64,000 bases of DNA from Malacoraja senta (GCA_038087875.1 CM075992.1:6388001-6452000); one strand, 5' to 3'. Shown: positions 37,698-51,411, counted from the stretch's first letter. The notes: generated by a model from the sequence alone, not told the origin. A program made the numbers and translations.

Positions 37698-38214
37698 CAC
37701 AACTGATCAGAACTTCTTCCATATCACCAGAGCCACGGTGGCGCAGCGGGTAGAGTTGCTGCTTTACAACGCTTACAGCGCCAGAGACCCGGGTTCGATC
37801 CCGACTCCGGGTGCTTGTCTGTACGGAGTTTGCACCTTCTCCCCGTCACCTCCGAGATCTACGGTTTCCTGCCACACTTCAAAGACGTGCAGTTTTGTAG
37901 GTTAATTGGTTTGGTAAATTGTCCCTAGTGTGTGTGGGATAGTGCAAGTGTGCAGGGGATCGCAGATCGGAGTGGGCTGGGTGGGCCGAACTATCTCTAA
38001 AACTAAAATACAAATTTCCTCGTGTACTAAAAAATTAAATTTCCTAGTGTACTTAATATTCATTGTGTTTGACGTAATGAGGCCACGTTTGGACTATTGT
38101 GTTTGGTTTTGGTGGGATGTCATTAAGCTGGAGAGGGCGCGGAGCAGATTTACAAGGATGTTGCCAGGACTCGAGGGCCTGAGCTACAGGGAGAGGCTGG
38201 GCAGGCTAGGGATA

Positions 38215-40853
38215 GAGCACATCTGTACAGGGCTGCTCGAGCCGATCTGGAAAGTGGAATTAAAAAAGCCAAGGCGGACCATAGGAGGAGCACAGAGTCC
38301 CACCTGTCCAGCAATAATACACGGGAGGTATGGCGGGGCATACAAGACATCACAAACTACAGAGGCTGTGCCACAACGACAGAAGACCTGAGTGCTCCGC
38401 TGGCAGAGAAGCTAAATTGCTTCTTTTCCCGCTTTGAAACATCACAACAGCAGCACCCATCTGCTACAGCCCTGCTCCCACCCTCACCTGGCTCCTGTAC
38501 CACTCCACTCACTGTAAGGGAGAACGATGTCAGGCGGGTGCTCCTGGCAGTGAACCCCAAGAAGGCTGCCGGCCCGGATGGAGTGCCTGGTAGGGTGCTT
38601 AAAGCGTGTGCCCACCAGCTCACCGGCATCTTCACCAGAATCTTCAACCTCTCCTGTCCTGCCTAAAATCAGCCACGATCGTCCCAGTGCCGAAGAAGTC
38701 TCCCATCACCAGCCTAAATGGTTACCGTCCCGTGGCTCTCACTCCGGTAATCACGAAGTGCTTCGAGAGATTGGTCCTCCAGCACATCAAGGACTATCTC
38801 CCTCCAGACTTCGACCCTCACCAATTCGCCTATCGCCCAAACAGATCCACAGAAGACGCCATCACCGTAGCTCTCCACTCTGTGCTGAGCCACCTGGAGC
38901 AGGGGCAGAGCTACGCCCGGATGCTCTTTGTGGATTACAGCTCAGCTTTCAATACTATCATTCCAGACATTCTCATCGACAAACTGGTCACTCCCGGCCT
39001 CCCCACTCTCACATGTGCCTGGATAAAGGACTTCCTCACCAACCGGCCCCAGACTGTGAGACTCGGCCCCCACCTCTCCTCCACTCGCATGACGTCCACG
39101 ACCAACACCACAGCACTGGTCAAGAGAGCCCAGCAGCGACTACACCCTCTCCGAAGACTACGTAAAGCAGGTCTCCCCACTACACACCTACGAACTTTTT
39201 ATAGGGGGACAATCGAGAGCACATTAACCTACGGCATCACTTCCTGGTTCGGGAGCTGCAAGGCGTACGAACGGCACCAACTAGACAGGATTGTGAAGAC
39301 CGCCAGCAGGATTATTGGTGCTCCACTCCCTTTCCTGCTGGACATATACAGGAAGAGATGTATCAGCAGAGCCATCTCCATCATCAAAGACCCCAACCAC
39401 CCATCCCATCACATATTCTCCATCCTGCCATCTGGGAAGAGGTACCGGAGCATTAGGTGCAAAACCAGCAGGATGCTCCTCAGCTTCTTCCCGCAGGTTA
39501 TAAGACTGATAAACGGACTTTGTCCCCTGCCAAAGTATCGTGCACCAACCACTGTCGTGCCGCTGTTGAACGCCTGTTGATGTTTAGTAGAGTAGAGTGT
39601 TAATTTGTTCATGATATATGTATTTTTACTTCTATTTATTTTTTACTGCACACTGAAATGGACACTGGTTGAGGAACGTTTTTTTGTTTCCTCTGGGTAT
39701 GCGAATACTCAGGAAATAACAATAAAGATATACAATACAATACAATACAATGTTGAGTACCGGCTCCCCACAGGGCTGTGTGCTAAGCCCCCTCCTATAC
39801 TGTCTCTACACCCACGACTGTAGTCCGGCCCACAACAACAACCGCATCGTCAAGTTTGCTGACGACACTACAGTAGTCGGACTCATCTCAAGGGGAGACG
39901 AGGCAGCCTATAGAGAGGAAGTCCTGAAGTTGACAGCCTGGTGCTCAGAAAACAACTTGGCTCTGAACACCAAGAAAACAAAAGAGCTCATTGTCGACTT
40001 CAGGAGGCACAGCACCGACTTAGCCCCCCCTATATATCAACGGCGAGTGTGTGGAGAGGGTCTACACCTTCCGGTTTCTCGGCGTCCTCATCTCCGCTGA
40101 CATCTCCTGGACAGACAACATCACAGCGGTCATCAAGAAGGCTCAGCAGCGGCTGCACTTCCTGAGGGTCCTCAGGAAGCACAACCTGGATTCCAACCTG
40201 CTGCTGACCTTCTACCGCTCGTCCATTGAGAGCCTGCTGACATACTGCATTACAGCATGGTACGGCAGCTGCACCACGGCAGACAGGGAGAGGCTCCAGA
40301 GGGTAGTTAGGGCAGCACAGAAGATCATTGGCTGCCCTCTCCCCTCCCTGATGGACATTTACACCTCCCGCTGCCTCAGCAGGGCGAAGAACATCATCAA
40401 GGACAGCTCCCATCCTGCATTTGGCCTGTTCGACCTGCTGCCCTCAGGGAGGCGCTATAGGTGCATCAGAACCAGGACAAATCGACTCAAGAACAGTTGC
40501 TTTCCAAAAGCCATAACCTCTCTGAACTCACACATGCACTGACTTCACAGCTTAACCCCCTGACTTCCATCTATCCACCTACTGTAATTTGTACTGTAAC
40601 TGTAATTTTTAATATGTGCAATAACCCATACTGTATATAGGAATCCTATTTATTCACTCTATTCACCCATTGACTTTTTATAGATATGTATATAGCGCCG
40701 CAGAACTGTGCACCTTATCCCCCCCCCCCCCCCCTTTTGTTTTGTTTCTTTGGGGTTTTTTGGAACTAATTACATGTCTGCACTGAGTACGAGCTGCTTT
40801 TAATCTCATTGTACATGTGTATGGTGACAATAAAATGGCATTTCATTCCATTC
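38215..40853 (+). mobile_element. Rex1/Babar-type LINE, 5'-truncated, with a nested related fragment
   Basis: [38 protein letters not shown], then STGSPQGCVLSPLL and KFADDTTVVG; (CATTC)-type tail. Confidence 0.9.
39092..39749 (+). mobile_element. Second Rex1-type 3' fragment nested in the RT region of the first
   Basis: Jumps from [11 protein letters not shown] to C-terminal motifs ([13 protein letters not shown]...[11 protein letters not shown]) and ends in (TACAA)n; the host resumes at MLSTGSPQG. Confidence 0.8.
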
Positions 40854-41281
40854 CATAAGGTTGAGGGATGATCTCTTAGAGCGTATAAATCATGAGAGGA
40901 ATAGAGGCGGCATGGTGGCGCAGCGGTAGAGTTGCTGCCTTATAGCCCTGGGGACCCGGGTTCGATCCTGACCACGGGTGCTGTCTGTACGGAGTTTGTA
41001 CCTTCTTCCCCGTGAACTGCCTGCATTTACACCCAGATCTTCAGGTACCTCCCACACTCCACAGACGTACAGGTTTGTTGGTTAATTGGCATGGTATAAA
41101 TGTTCCCAAAAAAATTGTCCCTAATGTGTATAGGATAGTGTTACTGTGCGGGGATTGTTGGTCGGGGTGGACATGGTGGGCCAAAGGGCCTGTTTCCGTG
41201 CTTTATCTCTAAACCGAATAGATAGGGTGAACATACAGAGTCTTTTAGCCAGAATAGGGGAATAAGAAAACAGAGGATGTT

Positions 41282-44200
41282 TCCATAATGTTTGGGACAA
41301 AGTCCCATCATTTATTTATTTGCCTCTGTACTCCACAGTTTGAGATTTGAAATAGAAAAAAAAATCACATGTGGTTAAAGTGCATAAAAGGCATGCTCAA
41401 TTGGGTTCAGATCGGGTGATTGACTTGGCCGCTCAGGAATTGACCATTTATTAGCTTTGAAAAACTCCTTTGTTGCTTTAGCAATATGTTTGGGATCATT
41501 GTCTTGCTGTAGAATGAACCGCCGGCCAATGAGTTTTGAGGCATTTGTTTGAACTTGAGCAGATAGGATGTGTCTATCCACTTCAGAATTCATTATGCTA
41601 CTACCATCAGCAGTTGTATCATCAATGAAGATAAGTGAGCCAGTACCTTCAGCAGCCATACATGCCCAGGCTATAACACCCCCACCACCGTGTTTCAATG
41701 CTTTGGATCTTGGGCAGTTCCTTCTCTCCTCCATACTTTGCTCTTGCCATCACTCTGACATATGTTAATCTTCGTCTCATCTGTCCACAAGACCTTTTTC
41801 CAGAACTGTGGTTGCTCTTTTAAGTACTTCTTGGCAATCTGTAACCTGGCCATCCTATTTTTGCAGCTAACCAGTAGTTTGCATCTTGCAGTGTAGCCTC
41901 TGTATTTCTGTTCATGAAGTCTTCTGCGGACAGTGGTCATTGACAAATCCACACCTGACTCCTGAAGAGTGTTTCCGATCTGTCGGACTGGTGTTTGGGG
42001 ATTTAATCTTTATTATAGAGAGAATTCATCTGTCATCAGCTGTGGAGGTCTTCCTTGGCCTGCCAGTCCCTTAGCGATTGGTAAGCTCACCAGTGCTCTC
42101 TTTCTTCTGTTAATTATTAAACACAGATCAAAAAATATTAGCGAAAACATTAGCTAGAAGATTAAGTAAATACATTAGTAAATTAATAAACCCAGATCAG
42201 ACGGGGTTTATCCCTAAGAGATACTCATCTAATAATATGAGACGTCTACTCAACATAATGCACTCACACAAATCTGAAAATCAAGAATTATCAATTATTT
42301 CGCTGGATGCTGAAAAAGCATTTGATCAAGTAGAATGGAATTATATGGATAAAGTATTACAAAAATTCCAACTGGGAGAGAATTTTATTCTATGGATCAA
42401 GTTACTATATAACAAACCTACAGCTAGAATACTAACTAATAACATATTATCCTCGAAATTCCAACTATCAAGGGGAAATAGACAAGGATGCTCATTATCA
42501 CCACAGCTGTTTGCTCTCATTATTGAACCGCTAGCAGAAAAAATTAGAATACACCCTGATATCCATGGATATAATACTAAAGACTCATATAATAAAATAT
42601 CTTTATACGCGGATGATATATTACTGTACATTACAAAACCTCAAATCACTATACCAAATATATTAAATTTAATTGAAGACTTTGGATCTTTTTCTGGATA
42701 TAGAATAAATTGGAATAAAAGTGAAATTATGTCAATAAAACCGAAAGATTCAACACATCTTTTAAAATTCCCTTTTAAAATAGCTACAGAAAAATTTAAA
42801 TACTTGGGAATCGAAATTACCAGAACATATCAAGGTATGTTTAAGGCAAATTTTGATCCCCTACTTAATAAATTAAACACACTAATTAAATTCTGGAAAA
42901 CGCTCCTGATGTCTTTAATAGGCTGAATAAATGCAATAAAAATGATCTTTCTACCACAAATTTTATACCTATTTCAATCGATTCCTATATACTTACCAAA
43001 GAAGTTTTTTTAAAAACTCGACTCAGATATCACTAATTTTATATGGGACTATAAATCACATAGAATACAAAAAACTCATCTGAATAATCCTAAAGTATTA
43101 GGGGGTTTAGCACTACCTAATTTTATGTATTATTATTGGTCAGTAAATATTAAAAATATGATTCAACTGATGGATAACTCCGCCCAGCAAGTGGACTGGA
43201 TTGTAATGGAGAAAGAGGATTGCTCCTCTGGAAACATTGGAGCGATCCTCCTCTCTCCAATGAAACTGAATAATATAAATTATAATAAGAACCCAATTAT
43301 TCATAGTACAATCCGAATTTGGAAACAAATAAAACAAAATTTAAAATTAAGAAATTTATCACTTTTATTACCCATAGTTAATAACCCTTCGTTTAATCCC
43401 TCTATTATAGATAAAGCTTTTACACAATGGGATAGACTAGGAATTAAAACGCTCGGTGACTTGTATGAAACTGGAAAATTACTTTCATTTCAACAATTAC
43501 AAATAAAATATAAACTCGGAAATAATCAATATTTTAAATATTTTCAAATATGCGACTATTTGAAAAAATATACAAAAGATCATTATAATAACCCAGCAGA
43601 TGTATTGGATGAGGCAATGCAGATAAAAGCTGAATCAGCAAACTTAATATCATATTTGTATAATATTATCTTAAATGTACAAATACCATCTACGGAGGGT
43701 ATCAGAGACTGGGAACAAGAGTTAGCTATTAAAATTTCAAAGGAAAGTTGGAATGAACACTTATTAAACGTGCATAAATGTTCGATTAATGCAAGACACA
43801 CTTTAATACAATTTAAAATTTTACATAGATTATATTATTCCAAAACTAAAATTCATAAAATTTTCCCAAATGTATCATCTATTTGTGATCAATGTCAATC
43901 CCAAGAAGCTACTATAGCGCACTCATTCATTTTCTGTACAAAAATTCAAAGATTTTGGAATGAAATTTTCGAAATCTTTACAAAATTATTTAAAATAAAA
44001 CTGATACCCAAAGCAGAATGGATTATCTTCGGAATAACGGAAGATGGTCCAGAACTAAATGTGTTTCAAAAGAAACTAATAGACTATGGGTTAATAACTG
44101 GAAAAAAGCTAATTCTAAAATTTTGGAAGAAGGCTCCAATACCAACTATAAACATGTGGATTTCAAATATGTTCGAAACATTACACCTAGAAGAGATAAG

Positions 44201-45098
44201 ACTCCTCCTAGCAGGTAAACCAGATCACTTCCACCTGATGTGGTCTGCATTTATAGAATTATTACAAATATAGGGTGCAAAGGTACCTTTAAAAAAAAAT
44301 TGAGGTCAGGTAAGGGGGGATGATAGTTGAAGAGTTGGTATGTCCCATTTACGTAATACTCATAAAAATATTTGTTTCTCTCTTTTTCCTCTTTCTCTTT
44401 CTCTTTCTTTTCTAGGGTCTATTTCTTAACTCTTTTTCTTTTGTTTTTAATTTTGTTCTTATAGGGTCTTCGTCCTTTTTTGTTGTCACATTTTCTACAC
44501 TCACTTTTTCCTTCACTTTCTTCTTTCTTTCAATCTTTTCCTTTTCTAGTGTAAAAAATAAATGGAGCACATTCATTGTAAGAAGACATAAGTGACGAGT
44601 ACTAATGTATGTGGTTGTAATGTAATGTACTTCTAATAAATATATATATTTTTTTTAATTTAAAAAAAAATAAAAAATCTTGTTTCTCAGTCTCATAATG
44701 GCTACTTTGAATTTCATTGGCACAACTTTGGTCCTCATATTGATAAACAGCAATAAAAGTTTCCAAAGGTGATGGAAAGACTGGAGGAAAGACTAGGTGC
44801 TGAGAGCTCTCTTATACCCACATTAAGGAGGCAATTAAACACACCTGAGCAATTACAAACACCTGTGAAGCCATGTGTCCCAAACATTATGGTGCCCTGA
44901 AATGGGGGGACTATGTATAATCACAGCTGTAATTTCTACATGGTGAAACCAAAATGTATAAAAATGGCCTTTAATAAAATCTGACAATGTGCACTTTAAC
45001 CACATGTGATTTTTTTCTATCACAAATCTCAAATAGTTGAGTACAGAGGCAAATAAATAAATGATGAGTCTATGTCCCAATCATTATGGAGGGCACTG
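41282..45098 (-). mobile_element. Tc1-like transposon copy B with decayed transposase, interrupted by L1
   Basis: KVLWTDETKIN, KHGGGGVIAWACM, QQDNDPKH and PSQSPDLNPIE motifs; right end GGAGGGCACTG|TA; left TIR truncated. Confidence 0.9.
42109..44677 (+). mobile_element. L1 retrotransposon, 5'-truncated ORF2 (family 2), two in-frame stops
   Basis: SLDAEKAFD, RGNRQGCSLSP, SLYADD and CDQC...H...C; ORFs 42237-42926 and 43125-44273 share a frame, broken by TGA at 42924 and TAA at 43011; A-rich tail. Confidence 0.95.
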
Positions 45099-46057
45099 TA
45101 GTTCTAAGGTGAGACGGGCAAGATTTAATAGGTATCGGCGAGGTAACTTTTTTCATTCAGATGATGGTGGGTGTATGGAACAAGTTGCCAGAGGAGGTGA
45201 TTGAGGCAGGTAAAACAACAGCATTTAAAAGACTGGGACATGAAAGGTTTAGAGGAATAAGGGTAAAATGCTGTCAAATAGACGATGGGCCGAATGGCCT
45301 AATACTGCTCCTATCACTTATGACTTTGTGAAATGGGATTAGCTTAGACAGGGCATTTTGGCCGGATGGACAAGTTGGGCCGAAGGGCCTGTTTCCAAGG
45401 TGTATGATGCTATCTTTGTTCACAATGCTGCCTTGTTTCTGTATCAGCGGTGACACCATATCCACCTCTGCTTGTGCCCTGAATTCATCTGTCTTGCTGG
45501 TGGTGAATCTGTGGAATTCATCGCCACAGGCGGCTGTGGAGGCCAAGTCCATGGATATTTTTTAAGGCAGAGATAGACAGATTCTTGATTAGTGCGGGTG
45601 TTGGGGGTTATGGGGAGAAGGCAGGAGAATGGGGTTAGGAGGGAGAGATAGATCAACCAAAAAGGATAGAAACATAGACAATAGGTGCAGGAGTAGGCCA
45701 TTCGGCCCTTCGAGCCTGCACCGCCATTCAATGTGATGATCATGGCTGATCATCCAACTCAGTATCCTGGGATCAGATAGGAGAGGGTGGGTGGGAGCAG
45801 ATAGGGGGAGGGGTGGAAGGGGAGGGGGTGGAAAGGGAAGACGAGGGGGAAGGGGTGCATTGGAGGTGTGGTGGGGGGTGGAGTGGATGGGAGTAGGGGG
45901 CTGGATGGGTGGAGGGGTTTGGATGGGAGTAGGGGGCGGGATGGGTGGAGGAGTTTGGATGGGAGGGGAGGGGGGTGAGATTGAGTTGGAGGGGAGGGTG
46001 GATGTGAGGAGAAGGGCTGGAGGATGGAGAGGCGTTGCTTTTTCCTCCAGCGTTTGT

Positions 46058-49000
46058 GGGAAAGTTTAAAGGAGATGAACAGGGCAAGTATTTTTACACA
46101 GAGAGTGGTGGGTGCCAGGGGTAGTGGTGGAGGTAGATACAATAATGGATTGTGGAGGCTTTTCGATCGGTGCATAAGAATGCAGCACGCTGTTCTTTGG
46201 GTTTTAGATTTTAGTTTTTAGTTTAGAGATGCAGCGTGGAAACAGGCCCTTCGGCCCATCGATTCCACGCTGACCAGCGATCCCTGCACACTATCCTACA
46301 CACACTAGGGACAATTTACCAAACCAATTAACCTACAAAACTGCACGTCTTTGAAGTGTGGCAGGAAACCGTAGATCACACAGGTCACGGGGAGAACGTG
46401 CAAACTCCGTACAGACAGCGCCCGTAGTCGGGATGGAACCCGTGTCTCTGGCGCTGCATTCGCTGTAAGGCAGCAACTCTACCGCTGCACCACCGGGACT
46501 GTAATTATGATTATGATTATGTCAGAGTCTTCCGAGATATACACTATTACATATTCAACACATCTAATTTCCCGATATATGCCTCACCCAATATTACAAC
46601 CATTGTTGCATGATCTATAAATAGGTCTATTTACTGTTTTCCTGCCCTTTGTTATTTCTTGATGACCCAGATTAATCTCATTCTACTTCCTATTATACAA
46701 CGAACATTCTCACAACTGATCAGAACTTCTTCCATATCACCAGAGCCACGGTGGCGCAGCGGGTAGAGTTGCTGCTTTACAACGCTTACAGCGCCAGAGA
46801 CCCGGGTTCGATCCCGACTCCGGGTGCTTGTCTGTACGGAGTTTGCACCTTCTCCCCGTCACCTCCGAGATCTACGGTTTCCTGCCACACTTCAAAGACG
46901 TGCAGTTTTGTAGGTTAATTGGTTTGGTAAATTGTCCCTAGTGTGTGTGGGATAGTGCAAGTGTGCAGGGGATCGCAGATCGGAGTGGGCTGGGTGGGCC
47001 GAACTATCTCTAAAACTAAAAAACAAATTTCATAGTGTACTAAAAAATTAAATTTCCTAGTGTACTTAATATTCATTGTGTAATGAGGCCACATTTGGAC
47101 TATTGTGTTTGGTTTTGGTGGGATGTCATTAAGCTGGGGAGGGTGCAGAGCAGATTTACAAGGATGTTGCCAGGACTCGAGGGCCTGAGCTACAGGGAGA
47201 GGCTGGGCAGGCTAGGGATATATTCCTCGGATCGCATAAGGTTGAGGGTGATCTCTTAGAGCGTATAAATCATGAGAGGAATAGGGGCGGCATGGTGGCG
47301 CAGCGGTAGAGTTGCTGCCTTATAGCCCTGGGGACCCGGGTTCGATCCTGACCACGGGTGCTGTCTGTACGGAGTTTGTACCTTCTTCCCCGTGAACTGC
47401 CTGCATTTACTCCCAGATCTTCAGGTACCTCCCACACTCCACAGACGTACAGGTTTGGTGGTTAATTGGCTTGGTATAAATGTTCCAAAAAAAATTCTCC
47501 CTAATGTGTATAGGATAGTGTTACTGTGCGGGGATTGTTGGTCGGGGTGGACATGGTGGGCCAAAGGGCCTGTTTCCGTGCTTTATCTCTAAACCGAATA
47601 GATAGGGTGAACATACAGAGTCTTTTAGCCAGAATAGGGGAATAAGAAAACAGAGGATGTTTCCATAATGTTTGGGACAAAGTCCCATCATTTATTTATT
47701 TGCCTCTGTACTCCACAGTTTGAGATTTGAAATAGAAAAAAAATCACATGTGGTTAAAGTGCATAAAAGGCATGCTCAATTGGGTTCAGATTGGGTGATT
47801 GACTTGGCCGCTCAGGAATTGACCATTTATTAGCTTTGAAAAACTCCTTTGTTGCTTTAGCAGTATGTTTGGGATCATTGTCTTGCTGTAGAATGAACCG
47901 CCGGCCAATGAGTTTTGAGACATTTGTTTGAACTTGAGCAGATAGGATGCGTCCATCCACTTCAGAATTCATTATGCTACTACCATCAGCAGTTGTATAA
48001 TCAATAAAGATAAGTGAGCCAGTACCTTCAGCAGTCATACATGCCCAGGTCATAGCACCCCCACCACCGTGTTTCAATGCTTTGGATCTTGAGCAGTTCC
48101 TTCTCTCCTCCATACTTTACTCTTGCCATCATTCTGATATAAGTTAATCTTGGTCTCATATGTCCACAAGACCTTTTTCCAGAACTGTGGTTGCTCTTTT
48201 AAGTACTTCTTGGCAAACTGTAACCTGGCCATCCTATTTTTGCAGCTAACCAGTAGTTTGTATCTTACAGTGTAGCCTCTGTATTTCTGTTCATGAAGTC
48301 TTCTGCGGACAGTGGTCATTGACAAATCCACACCTGACTCCTGAAGAGCGTTTCCGATCTGTCAATCAGGTGTTTGGGGATTTTTCTTTATTATAGAGAG
48401 AATTCTTCTGTCATCAGCTGTGGAGGTCTTCCTTGGCCTGCCAGTCCCTTTGCGATTAGTAAGCTCACCAGTGCTCTCTTTCTTCTTAATGATGTTCCAA
48501 ACAGTTGATTTTGGTAAGCCCAAGGTTTGACTGATGTCTCCAACAGTTTTATTCTTGTTTCTCAGTCTCATAAAGGCTTATTTGACTTTCATTGGCACAC
48601 CTTTGGTCCTCATGTTGATAAACAGCAATAAAAGTTTCCAAAGGTGATGGAAAGACTGGAGGAAAGACTAGGTGCTGAGAGCTCTCTTATACCTGCATTA
48701 AGGAGGCAATTAAACACACCTGAGCAATTACAAACACCTATGAAGCCATGTGTCCCAAACATTATGGTGCCCTGAAATGGGGGGTGGGGGGGACTATGTA
48801 TAATCACAGCTGTAATTTCTACATGGTGAAACCAAAATGTATAAAAATGGCCTTTAATAAAATCTGACAATGTGCACTTTAACCACATGTGATTTTTTTT
48901 CTATTACAAATCTCAAATAGTGGAGTACAGAGGCAAATAAATAAATGATGGGTCTTTGTCCCAAACATTATGGAGGGCACTGTAGTTCTAAGGTGAGACG

Positions 49001-49939
49001 GGCAAGATTTAATAGGTATGAGCGAGGTAACTTTTTTCATTCAGATGATGGTGGGTGTATGGAACAAGTTGCCAGAGGAGGTGATTGAGGCAGGTAAAAC
49101 AACAGCATTTAAAAGACTGGGGCATGAAAGGTTTAGAGGAATAAGGGTCAAATGCAGTCAAATAGACGATGGGCCGAATGGCCTAATACTGCTCCTATCA
49201 CTTATGACTTTGTGAAATGGGATTAGCTTAGACAGGGCATTTTGGCCGGATGGACAAGTTGGGCCGAAGGGCCTGTTTCCAAGGTGTATGATGCTATCTT
49301 TGTTCACAATGCTGCCTTGTTTCTGCAACAGCGGTGACACCATATCCACCTCTGCTTGTGCCCTGAATTCATCTGTCTTGCTGGTGGTGAATCTGTGGAA
49401 TTCATCGCCACAGGCGGCTGTGGAGGCCAAGTCCATGGATATTTTTTAAGGCAGAGATAGACAGATTCTTGATTAGTGCGGGTGTCATGGGTTATGGGGA
49501 GAAGGCAGGAGAATGGGGTTAGGAGGGAGAGATAGATCAGCCAAAAAGGATAGAAACATAGACAATAGGTGCAGGAGGAGGCCATTCGGCCCTTCGAGCC
49601 TGCACCGCCAATCAATGTGATGATCATGGCTGATCATCCAACTCAGTATCCTGGGATCAGATAGGAGAGGGTGGGTGGGAGCAGATAGGGGGGGGGGTGG
49701 AAGGGGAGGGGGTGGAAGGGGAGGACGAGGGGGAAGGGGTGCATTGGAGGTGTGGTGGGGGGTGGAGTGGATGGGAGTAGGGGGCGGGATGGGTGGAGGA
49801 GTTTGGATTGGAGTAAGGGGCGGGATGGGTGGAAGAGTTTGGATGGGAGGGGAGGGGGGTGAGATTGAGTTGGAGGGGAGAGTGGATGTGAGGAGAAGGG
49901 CTGGAGGATGGAGAGGCGTTGCTTTTTCCTCCAGCGTTT
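46058..49939 (+). repeat. Tandem segmental duplication, copy 2 (about 3.9 kb, insertion-free)
   Basis: Same start and end strings as copy 1; contains the same SINEs, CR1 pieces, Tc1 and G-rich tract. Confidence 0.9.
47662..48982 (-). mobile_element. Tc1-like transposon copy C, transposase pseudogene
   Basis: HTH N-terminus (ISQTLGLPKSTVWNIIKK...GRPRKTS) and catalytic motifs spread over three frames; shares the left-end deletion with copy B. Confidence 0.9.
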
Positions 49940-50330
49940 CCATATTTCGGTTCCAAGACTTCTCTCATTCGGGGGACTTCAAGTGGCGGTGAGAGTCAAG
50001 AGTGTTTTATTGTCATATGTCCCAGATAGAACAATGACATTTCCCACTCGCTGCAGCACAACACAATATGGAAACATAGTACAGAGACCAGAGGGAAACA
50101 AAGTTCAGTGTGTGTATTATACACACATACTCAAAAACCAATCAATTATGGTGCAATGATAATAATAGTCGGTTGTGGTTCAGAGGTTATCCAGAGGAAA
50201 TCCCGGGGGGGGGGGGGGGGGGGGGTAGTGGGGGGGGGGGCTGCGTTAAGGATGAAGCGATGATCGCCCTTCGTTGCTCTATCACAGGGACTGAGAACTT
50301 GCCAGATTTATCCCACTTTGCCTTTTGTCT

Positions 50331-50494
50331 GTGTGTGTATGTGTGTGTGTGTGTCTGTGTGTGTATGTGTGTGTATGTGTGTGTGTGAGTGTGTGTGTGT
50401 GTGTGTGAGTGTGTGAGTGTGTGTGTGGGTGTGTGTGTGTGGGTGTGTGTGTGTGTGTGTCTGTGTGTGTGTGTCTGTGTGTGTGTGTGTGTGT

Positions 50495-50558
<64 letters not shown>

Positions 50559-50604
50559 CTGTGTGTGTGTGTGTGTCTGTGTGTGTGTGTGAGTGTGTGT
50601 GTGT

Positions 50605-50653
<49 letters not shown>

Positions 50654-50679
50654 TGTGTGTGTGTGTGTGTGTCTCTGTG

Positions 50680-50721
<42 letters not shown>

Positions 50722-50724
50722 TGT

Positions 50725-50775
<51 letters not shown>

Positions 50776-50850
50776 TCTGTGTGTGTGTGTGTGTGTGTGT
50801 GTGTCTGTGTGTGTGTGTGTCTGTGTGTGTGTGTCTGTGTGTGTGTGTGT

Positions 50851-50882
<32 letters not shown>

Positions 50883-50920
50883 CTGTGTGTGTGTGTGTCT
50901 CTGTGTCTGTGTGTGTGTGT

Positions 50921-50961
<41 letters not shown>

Positions 50962-50990
50962 TGTGTGTGTGTGTCTGTGTGTGTGTGTGT

Positions 50991-51057
<67 letters not shown>
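50331..51057 (+). repeat. Long interrupted (GT)n microsatellite, about 730 bp
   Basis: Directly visible. Confidence 0.97.
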
Positions 51058-51065
<8 letters not shown>

Positions 51066-51411
51066 CAACGGCAGCTAATCACTGTCTAACCAGCTATTTA
51101 TATACATACATTTTCGCTGCAGATCTGAATACATTATTACTCTTTCTCGCTTTGTGCGTCTCAATTGTAGACAGAAATCTCTCTCCCTCCCCCTCTCTCC
51201 CTCTCTCCCACCACCCCTCTCTCTCACACCCTCTCCCTTCCTCCCCCCCTCCCTGGTCTTTTGGCTGCTTGCCTCCGATAGATAGATAGATAGAGAGAGG
51301 GAGGGAGGAAGGGAGGAAGAGAGAGAGAGATCGGCTGAAACGTGACTAGGCGGTTAAGTGGGTGTTATGCAACGAGCGACCTACTAACACATATCCTCAC
51401 CATTCCTGGCA

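Larger units (their letters stand above)
34110..46055 (+). repeat. Tandem segmental duplication, copy 1 (expanded by LINE insertions)
   Basis: Starts GGGAAAGTTTAAAGGAGATGAACAGGGC and ends TTTCCTCCAGCGTTT; colinear with 46058-49939 once insertions are removed. Confidence 0.9.

Noticed and set aside
38606..39580. 324-aa ORF as an intact novel RT protein
   Set aside because: Chance in-frame fusion of a host Rex1 RT with a nested 3' fragment; the catalytic FADD lies downstream in a separate ORF.
44349..44356. Perfect D-box TTACGTAA
   Set aside because: Lies in an L1 3'UTR with no promoter context.
50187..51089. His/Thr- and Cys/Val-rich ORFs
   Set aside because: Translations of the (GT)n microsatellite.
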